Below, piece after piece: positions 58,297 to 64,000 of a stretch of DNA of 64,000 bases. The stretch covers positions 537,634 through 601,633 of the forward strand of contig JBFWNR010000002.1 in assembly GCA_050250955.1 (NCBI GenBank), written 5' to 3'. Under the pieces are notes generated by a model that saw only the letters and a list, made by a program, of their open reading frames with translations, did no database searches and was not told the origin of the DNA. This DNA comes from Vicinamibacterales bacterium (GTDB lineage: Bacteria > Acidobacteriota > Vicinamibacteria > Vicinamibacterales > UBA2999). Position numbers and translations under genes: made by a program. Position 1 is the stretch's first letter. Each line of letters begins with the position of its first letter.

Positions 58297-58506
58297 TTAC
58301 GCGGCTTCGCTCGCTTCGGGCAGCTTGCCACGACCGCCGCGGCTGACCATCCCGCCCTTGCGTCCGGCGTCGCGCGCCTCGACCGACGACCATTCGTGCG
58401 CCGTGCCTTTGGCATGCGCGGCACGGCCGCCCTTGCTGGCGATCTCGCGCTGCTTCTCGGGGGACATCGATGCGAATCCTCGACGGGCCTTCGGCTTGTC
58501 AATCAT
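58297..58506 (-). CDS. KGG-repeat general stress protein (YciG-like)
   Basis: 69 aa. SPEKQREIASKGGRAAH and GRKGGMVSRGG. GAGGTG Shine-Dalgarno 7 nt upstream of the ATG. Confidence 0.8.
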   Translation of the reverse strand: MIDKPKARRGFASMSPEKQREIASKGGRAAHAKGTAHEWSSVEARDAGRKGGMVSRGGRGKLPEASEAA

Positions 58507-58640
58507 CAGGGCACCTCGCTGCCTGTGGTAACTGCAGCGTGCGTACCAGCTGTGCAGGATCTACGCTCAGCCGTATCTCACTGAAAACAAATGCATTGCG
58601 ACCCAATCACATCTGTTTACATCATGCGGAACGTAGTCAA

Positions 58641-58670
58641 TTGATACGTTTGACCATTGTTGGGTATCAA
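58641..58670. promoter_or_regulatory. Inverted repeat TTGATAC-N16-GTATCAA inside an AT-rich island upstream of the KGG gene
   Basis: Perfect 7-bp arms. On the minus strand the left arm also reads as TTGATA-N18-TATCAA (-35/-10-like). Hand count for 58561-58680 gives 51 G+C out of 120. Confidence 0.4.
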
Positions 58671-58734
58671 AACACTTCACCCAGGGATGCGCTCGGGGCC
58701 GGTCGACGGCGCGCCCACCGGGAATCGGGCTGGC

Positions 58735-58950
58735 TCAGGAGCGGCGATCGGGCGGCGTCCTGGCGGGCCGAAAGTAGTCGCAGCCCGCGCAGTTGCTGAC
58801 GTCGAACTCGTAGCCGACGACGGGCCACAGCATCGGATGCGCGCAGTACACGAGCTGGCCGTCGATGATGGTGTGGAGCCCCAGGTCGGCTGGAACGGTC
58901 ACGGTGCGGCGGCTGTACCAGCACACGCGATGGCGATCCTCGGGAGTCAC
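58735..58950 (-). CDS. Hypothetical small Cys-containing protein
   Basis: The track ORF starts at TTG 59001. In-frame GTG 58950 gives VTPEDRHRVCWYSRRTVTVPADLGLHTIIDGQLVYCAHPMLWPVVGYEFDVSNCAGCDYFRP. No family recognised. Confidence 0.4.
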   Translation of the reverse strand: MTPEDRHRVCWYSRRTVTVPADLGLHTIIDGQLVYCAHPMLWPVVGYEFDVSNCAGCDYFRPARTPPDRRS

Positions 58951-59012
58951 GGCAGCGGTCGGTTCATGATACGCCCGGCGGTCACGACGGCCCTGGTACA
59001 ATCGTCCTCGCG

Positions 59013-59306
59013 ATGAGCGACCGTTCCGACTCTCCCCGCCTCGTGCAATGCGTCAAGCTCCAGCAGGAGCTGCCGGGACTGGAGGCGCCGCCGTGGCCAG
59101 GCGACATCGGCCAGCGGATCTACGAGCAGGTGTCGGCCAAGGCGTGGAAGCTCTGGGAGGATCGCCAGAAGATGATCCTCAACGAATACCGCGTGATGCC
59201 CTGGCAGAAAGAAGGGCAGGAACTCATCCTCAAGCACATGGAGGAGTTCTTCTTCGGCGCCTCGGCCGCGCTGCCGCCCGGCTACGTCCCGCCGCAGTCG
59301 AAGTAG
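59013..59306 (+). CDS. yggX: Fe(2+)-trafficking / oxidative-damage protection protein YggX
   Basis: 97 aa. VQCVKLQQELPGLEAPPWPGDIGQRIYEQVSAKAWKLWEDRQKMILNEYRV...MEEFFFG. Confidence 0.85.
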   Translation: MSDRSDSPRLVQCVKLQQELPGLEAPPWPGDIGQRIYEQVSAKAWKLWEDRQKMILNEYRVMPWQKEGQELILKHMEEFFFGASAALPPGYVPPQSK

Positions 59307-59316
59307 CGGCGGGCCG

Positions 59317-60609
59317 CTACCCGCGCGCCACCGGCAGGGCCGGCTCGATGACCGGCTCGATGGCGGCGTGCGCGCGGCGCAGCGCCGCTTCCACCGCTGC
59401 CCCGTCGGCGCCGGAGGCGAACACGAACCCCAGATAGCTCGCCCCCTCGGGCAGAGCGTCCAGCAGCGCGCCGACCCGTGCGGTCACGACGACGTCGGTG
59501 ATCCCGGGCACCTGGCGTGCGGCATCGATGCCGCGCAGGTCGCGCAGCACCCCGGAACGCGGGATCGGCACCATCAGCACCCCGGTGGCGGCGCGGTCGC
59601 GACTCCAGCCGACGAGCGACTCCCCCATCGCCGCGCGCAGCAGCAGCGCCTCGAGCGACGCCGGTACGTGGTCGGGGCCGCGAAAGCAGAGCGCGCGGGC
59701 GCACAGGCCGCCGATCGGCCGCGCCGCCACCTCCAGGACGACCGGGCCGGCGTCGCCGACGCGGCATTCGGCGTGGATCGGACCGTGGCGCAGCCCGGCG
59801 GCACGCGCGGCCTGCGTGACCGCGGCGATCACCGGCAGCGCGGCGGCCGCGGTGCGCGCGGTGGGTGTGACGTAGTAGGTCTCCTCGAAGAACGGCCCAT
59901 CGAGCGGATCGGGCTTGTCGAAGATCGCCAGCACGTGCAGGCGGCCGTGGTCGAGGACGCCTTCGAGCGCGACCTCGAAGCCGGGCACGAACGCCTCGAT
60001 CTGGACCAGCCGGGCGGCGGGGTCGCGGAGTGCCTGCACGTCGGGAGCGGCCAGGACGCCGGCCACCCGCGTCAATGCGGCGGCGAGCTGTTCCGGGTCG
60101 TCGGCACGGATGACCCCGCGGCTCCCCGAGAGCACGAGCGGCTTCACCACGCAGGGGTATGTCACGTCGCGTAGCCGGTCGACCGAGGCATCCAGCGGCA
60201 CGACGCGCGACCAGGGCCCCGGCAGCCCCGCGGCGGCGATACGGCGGCGAAACCGCTGCTTGTCGCGACTCGCCCGCGCCCCGTCAACCTCGTGCCACGG
60301 CAGGCCCAGGCGCTCGGCGACCAGGGCCGCGAGCACCACCGGCCGGTCGCCCACCGCCAGCACGCCGTCGATCGGCCGGCCGTCCAGCGCGGTCGTCACC
60401 GCGGCCAGCGACCCGGCCTCGTCGTGGAAGCGGACGGCGATGGCGCGGTCCCGCCAGGGATCATCGAGGTGATCGCAGCGGTCGGTGGCGAGCACGAGCT
60501 CGACGCCGAGCGCCGTCGCGGCCTCGTCGAAGCTGCGCGTCTGATAGCCGGTGGTCGTGGCGCAGACCAGCACGCGACGTGGCTCGGAGGGTCGAGACAC
60601 GCAGTCCAT
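59317..60609 (-). CDS. ATP-grasp domain protein (amino-acid/carboxylate ligase-like)
   Basis: 430 aa, ATG at 60609. Pre-ATP-grasp RVLVCATTTGYQTRSFDEAA...IDGVLAVGD. Core KQRFRRRIAAAGLPGP...YPCVVKPLVLSGSRGVIRADD...IEAFVPGFEVALEG...GPIHAECRV...VLEVAARPIGG. Confidence 0.85.
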   Translation of the reverse strand: MDCVSRPSEPRRVLVCATTTGYQTRSFDEAATALGVELVLATDRCDHLDDPWRDRAIAVRFHDEAGSLAAVTTALDGRPIDGVLAVGDRPVVLAALVAERLGLPWHEVDGARASRDKQRFRRRIAAAGLPGPWSRVVPLDASVDRLRDVTYPCVVKPLVLSGSRGVIRADDPEQLAAALTRVAGVLAAPDVQALRDPAARLVQIEAFVPGFEVALEGVLDHGRLHVLAIFDKPDPLDGPFFEETYYVTPTARTAAAALPVIAAVTQAARAAGLRHGPIHAECRVGDAGPVVLEVAARPIGGLCARALCFRGPDHVPASLEALLLRAAMGESLVGWSRDRAATGVLMVPIPRSGVLRDLRGIDAARQVPGITDVVVTARVGALLDALPEGASYLGFVFASGADGAAVEAALRRAHAAIEPVIEPALPVARG

Positions 60610-60610
60610 C

Positions 60611-60645
60611 CTAATCGCTAGCCGCTAGCCGCTAGCCGCTACGAG
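60611..60645. repeat. CTAG heptad repeat, five units (CTAATCG CTAGCCG CTAGCCG CTAGCCG CTACGAG)
   Basis: Fills the 38-nt spacer between the second stop of the radical SAM gene (60650-60648) and the ATP-grasp ATG (60609). Minus strand reads TGA TTC TCG TAG CGGCTAGCGGCTAGCGGCTAGCGATTAGG ATG. Confidence 0.9.
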
Positions 60646-60647
60646 AA

Positions 60648-62027
60648 TCATAGGAGAGCCACCTGCTCTCCCGTCGGTTCCGCTCAACAGTACCAGGGCT
60701 CGGTCAGGTAGGGAATCGTCGCCCGCGACCGTCGCGGCGGCTCGGTGCGCGCCGGCATGCCCCGGGCGCGATCGGCCAGCTGCCGCACGGCGGCGAAGAT
60801 CGCGCCGCGATCGCCGCCGGCCGGTGCCGCGGCGACCAGCCGCATGGCCTCGCGCTGCAGGTCATCCATGGCCGGATCGTCGTGGCGCCACGGGTGCGTC
60901 AGCGACCGGGCGTCGAACGCTCCCACGCGCCGCCGCACGTCGTCGAGTTCGAGCAGCCGCGAGCGCGCGGTGACGAGCAGGCGGAGGGTCAGCTGCACCG
61001 GCGCCACGTGGCCGACCAGGTCGAGGCGCTCCACCTCGTCGAGGAACGCCGCATAGCCGTCGCGGGTCGTCCACGGCGTGAAGGCGATGAAGGTCGGCGA
61101 GAGCGCCAGCCCGACGTCGCGGCACCGCGCCACGACCGCCGCGACGTCGGCCGCCGTGTGCCCCTTGGCCAGACGCGCCAGCACCGCGTCGTCGAACGAC
61201 TCGACCGCCGTGGTCACGAATTGGCACCCGGTGTCGCGCAGGACCGGCAGCGCGGCATCGTGGGCGCGGAGGTGCTCGACCTTGATCGTGACGTCGTAGG
61301 TCAGCGCCGGCCAGGCAGCGTGCAGGGCCTCGACGACACGGCGGGCATGGGTCGGCGCATTGAGGAAGTCGGGATCGCCGAAGCTGATGTGCGCGGCGCC
61401 GGCGGCCACCTGGGTGGCGACGTCGGCCATCACCACCTCCACCGGCACGACGCGGAAGCGGCCGTCGTAGACCGGCACGATCGGGCAGTGCCGGCAGCGG
61501 TGCTTGCAGCCGCGCGACGCCTCGGTGGCGCCGGCGGTGACCAGCGTGCCGTCGGTCCGCCGCAACCGGGCGTAGGCGGTGAGCGGCGGCAGGTCGCGGC
61601 GATCCGGCGGGATGAACGCCAGCCGCGGGAGCGGGGCCGGGGGCGGCGTGCCGAGGGCGCTGCCGGCCGCCGCCGCGGCGGCGAGATCGACCAGCGTCGC
61701 CTCGGCCTCGGGCCCGACGACGGCGGTGATGCCCGCCGCTTCGAGCTCGACGCGGTTGAGCGGCGCGTACAAGCCGTAGGCGCACATCGGCAGCGACGGC
61801 AGCCGCTGGCGGATGGCGGCGACGACCGGCAGGGCGAGCCGCGTCGCCGTGTGCATCGGCAGGTGCACCGCGACCAGCGTGACACCGTCGAGCGCCGACG
61901 AGGGCAGCCGCGCCAGCGACAGGTCGTGGGCCCGGACAGCGAACCCGGCCCGCCGCAGCCACGCCGCGGGCGAGGCCAGTCCGAACGGCTGGCGGCCGAG
62001 ATCGTACGCCGACAGCAGCAGGACCAG
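60648..62027 (-). CDS. B12-binding-like / radical SAM protein with C-U-A-E-P tail (putative selenoprotein)
   Basis: Track ORF 60684..61868 (GTG start, stops at TGA). Radical SAM Cx3Cx2C in ASRGCKHRCRHCP. Upstream, the same frame stays open to 62051 and encodes the coding-like STLVLLLSAYDLGRQPFGLASPAAWLRRAGF.... There is no ATG, GTG or TTG there, so CTG 62027 is the proposed start. Downstream read-through gives U-AEPTGEQVALL, then TGA at 60650-60648. Confidence 0.75.
60652..60672 (-). promoter_or_regulatory. Bacterial SECIS-like hairpin downstream of the in-frame UGA
   Basis: Minus-strand RNA: UGA GCGGAACCGAC G-GGAGAGC-AGGUG-GCUCUCC-U. It has 7 Watson-Crick pairs plus a closing G-U and a 5-nt loop containing GGU. 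The stem begins 11 nt after the UGA. Confidence 0.6.
60684..60686 (-). other. In-frame TGA, candidate selenocysteine codon (C-U-A-E-P)
   Basis: Minus strand reads TGT TGA GCG GAA CCG. See the CDS 60648..62027. Confidence 0.65.
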
Positions 62028-62031
62028 GGTG

Positions 62032-63519
62032 CTACCCCGCCGGCTCGTCGGTCAGCCGGCTCATCGGCTTGACGAAGAGCGCCAGGACCAGACCGGCCGC
62101 GATCGCGAACGCGCCGACCACGCCGAACAGTGTCGGCAGGGCCATCGACTCGTAGAGCCCGCCGATCCGCCCGCCGATGAAGTTGCCGACCGATGTGCCG
62201 AGGAACCACACGCCCATCACCAGGCCGGCGATCCGCGCCGGCGCCAGCCTGGTCATCGCGCTCAAGCCGACCGGCGACAGCGACAGTTCGCCCATCGTGT
62301 GCAGCAGATAAGTGAGCACCAGCCAGAGCGGGCTGGCGAGCACGCCGGCTTCGGCGGCGCGCGCCGGCGGCACCAGGACGACGAAGCCCAGTCCGACGAG
62401 CACCAGCCCCCAGACGAACTTGCCGGGACTGGTCGGCTCCAGACCGCGCGCCCCGAGCGTCACCCACAGCCAGGCGAACACCGGCGCGAGCGTGAAGATG
62501 AAGAACGAGTTCACGCTCTGGAACCAGCTGCTCGGAAACGGCAGCCCGAAGACTTCGGTCCGGGTGTCGCGATCGGCGAAGAGATTGAGCGTCGAGCCGG
62601 CCTGCTCGAACACCGACCAGAACAGCGCCGAGGCGAAGAACAGCACGCCGATCACGTAGAGGCGGCGGCGCTCGGCCGGCGTCCAGTCGCCGGCGAAGAA
62701 CAGCCAGCCGAAGAACACGACGGTGCTGACCAGCAGCGCGACCCCGGCGGCATCGGCCACCGCGACGGCCGTGATCGGCAGGGCGCCGCTGGCGCCGCCC
62801 AGCCCGACGACGGCGGCGAGGCCGAGGGCGATGGCGCCCCACAGCCCGGCCTGGCGCCGCGCCACCGCCTGGGCGGCCGGGGCGGCCGCCGGGTGCAGAC
62901 CGGCCTCGCCGAGCAGGCGGTTCCCGGTGGCGACGTACTGGATGAGGCCCAGCGTCATGCCGACGCCGGCCGCCGCGAACCCGGTGTGCCAGCTCACCCG
63001 CTGGCCCAGGTAGCCGCAGACCAGCGGCGCCAGGAACGCCCCGAGGTTGATGCCCATGTAGAAGATCGAGAACCCGGCATCACGGCGCTGATCCTCGGGC
63101 CGGTAGAGGTGTCCGACGATCACCGAGACGTTGCCCTTGAGCAGCCCGGTGCCGACGACGATGAAGGTGAGGCCGAGGTAGAAGGTGGCCTGGGTCGGAA
63201 TCGCCGCGGTGAAGTGGCCGGCGGCGATGATGACCCCGCCCCAGAGCACCGCCCGCCGCGGGCCGATCAGACGGTCGGCCACCCAGCCGCCGGGCAGCGC
63301 CGCCATGTAGGCCATCGAGGTGTAGAGCGCGTAGATGGCGCCGCCCTCGGCGGCCGACAGGCCCAGGCCGCCGGCGGCGAGCGGCGCCGTGCAGTAGAGC
63401 AGCAGCAGCGCCCGCATGCCGTAGAAACTGAAGCGCTCCCACATCTCGGTGAAGAAGAGGGTGGAGAGGCCGCGGGGGTGACCGAAAAAGGCGGTGTCCG
63501 ACGAGGGCGCCTGGGCCAT
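62032..63519 (-). CDS. POT/PTR2 family proton-dependent di/tripeptide transporter
   Basis: In-frame ATG 63519. FFGHPRGLSTLFFTEMWERFSFYGMRALLLLY and GGWVADRLIGPRR are PTR2 signatures. About 14 TM helices. Confidence 0.9.
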   Translation of the reverse strand: MAQAPSSDTAFFGHPRGLSTLFFTEMWERFSFYGMRALLLLYCTAPLAAGGLGLSAAEGGAIYALYTSMAYMAALPGGWVADRLIGPRRAVLWGGVIIAAGHFTAAIPTQATFYLGLTFIVVGTGLLKGNVSVIVGHLYRPEDQRRDAGFSIFYMGINLGAFLAPLVCGYLGQRVSWHTGFAAAGVGMTLGLIQYVATGNRLLGEAGLHPAAAPAAQAVARRQAGLWGAIALGLAAVVGLGGASGALPITAVAVADAAGVALLVSTVVFFGWLFFAGDWTPAERRRLYVIGVLFFASALFWSVFEQAGSTLNLFADRDTRTEVFGLPFPSSWFQSVNSFFIFTLAPVFAWLWVTLGARGLEPTSPGKFVWGLVLVGLGFVVLVPPARAAEAGVLASPLWLVLTYLLHTMGELSLSPVGLSAMTRLAPARIAGLVMGVWFLGTSVGNFIGGRIGGLYESMALPTLFGVVGAFAIAAGLVLALFVKPMSRLTDEPAG

Positions 63520-63561
63520 ACGCGCGGGTATTGTATCCTTCGCGCCAGGCCGATACCGCGC

Positions 63562-64000
63562 ATGCCACTCGACGAATACCGCAGGAAACGCGACTTCACC
63601 AAGACACCCGAGCCGTCGGGCGAGCCCGGCCCGCGGCCGGCCGACACCAGCCGCTACTTCTGCGTCCAGAAGCACCTGGCCAGCCATCTCCACTACGACC
63701 TGCGTCTCGAACACGACGGCGTGCTGCTGTCATGGGCGGTGCCCAAGGGCCCCTCGCTCGACACCCGCGACAAACGCCTGGCCATGCAGACCGAGGATCA
63801 TCCCTACGACTATGGGTCGTTCGAAGGGGTGATACCCGAGGGCTACGGCGCCGGCGTGGTGATGCTGTGGGACTACGGCACCTGGACCCCGGAGTCGCCC
63901 GACGTCGACGCCGCCCTCAAGAAGGGCGATCTGAAGTTCCGTCTCGACGGCTACAAGCTGAAGGGCTCGTGGGCCCTCATCCGCACCCGCGGCTACGGCG
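63562..64000 (+). CDS. ligD: DNA ligase D, 3'-phosphoesterase domain (partial, continues beyond window)
   Basis: Not in the ORF track (no stop inside the window). Own translation from ATG 63562: MPLDEYRRKRDFTKTPEP...YFCVQKHLASHLHYDLRLEHDGVLLSWAVPKGPSLDTRDKRLAMQTEDHPYDYGSFEGVIPEGYGAGVVMLWDYG. Confidence 0.85.
   Translation, partial: MPLDEYRRKRDFTKTPEPSGEPGPRPADTSRYFCVQKHLASHLHYDLRLEHDGVLLSWAVPKGPSLDTRDKRLAMQTEDHPYDYGSFEGVIPEGYGAGVVMLWDYGTWTPESPDVDAALKKGDLKFRLDGYKLKGSWALIRTRGYG

Noticed and set aside
58628-58650. GGAAC...CGTT resembling an EcfG-type general-stress promoter near the KGG gene
   Set aside because: The spacer is 14 nt rather than 16-17, and the motif is on the plus strand, pointing away from the minus-strand KGG gene.
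60611-60645. Considered whether the short tandem repeats could be a CRISPR array or minisatellite from a mobile element
   Set aside because: The units are 7 nt with no spacers, far too short for CRISPR. No cas genes, transposase or terminal inverted repeats are nearby.

Overview
This is a very GC-rich bacterial chromosomal segment (roughly 70% G+C by eye, not computed). It is densely packed with about 60 protein-coding genes and one tRNA-Leu(CAA). I saw no rRNA, CRISPR array, transposase, integrase or prophage. The gene content suggests an Acidobacteria-like soil organism (inference): a VWFA-related protein of the kind described mainly from Acidobacteria, a MoxR/DUF58/BatA operon with DUF4159, and several Tat-signal enzymes. 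Most genes are housekeeping or envelope functions, including lon, lepB, ispG, moaC, rex, carD, plsC, nuoI, NDH-2, OPT and POT peptide transporters, MacA/MacB-type efflux parts, a Mo-oxidoreductase and a ligD fragment. Note that the ORF track translates GTG and TTG starts as M and often over-extends N-termini, so I re-derived many starts from the nucleotides. The main observations follow.
1. The radical SAM ORF ending at 60684 stops at an in-frame TGA. Read through, it gives C-U-A-E-P plus 8 more residues. A perfect hairpin with a GGU-containing loop starts 11 nt after the UGA, so this is probably an unannotated selenoprotein. It sits in a POT transporter, radical SAM, ATP-grasp operon of unknown function.
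2. A CTAG-containing heptad repeat family (TAGSGGC on one strand) puts TAG stops in all six frames. It occurs at several gene ends, including directly after the selenoprotein gene.
3. Tandem (GGGGACC)n G-tract repeats occur at two distant intercistronic junctions.
4. A translationally coupled operon (KAS, FAD-oxidoreductase, ICMT-like methyltransferase, PIG-V-like glycosyltransferase) suggests an uncharacterised lipid pathway.
5. A multi-receiver protein with a degenerate GGDEF domain but an intact RxxD I-site is coupled to a HEAT-repeat protein and a processive GT2 synthase.
All functional calls come from motif recognition by eye. No database search was run.
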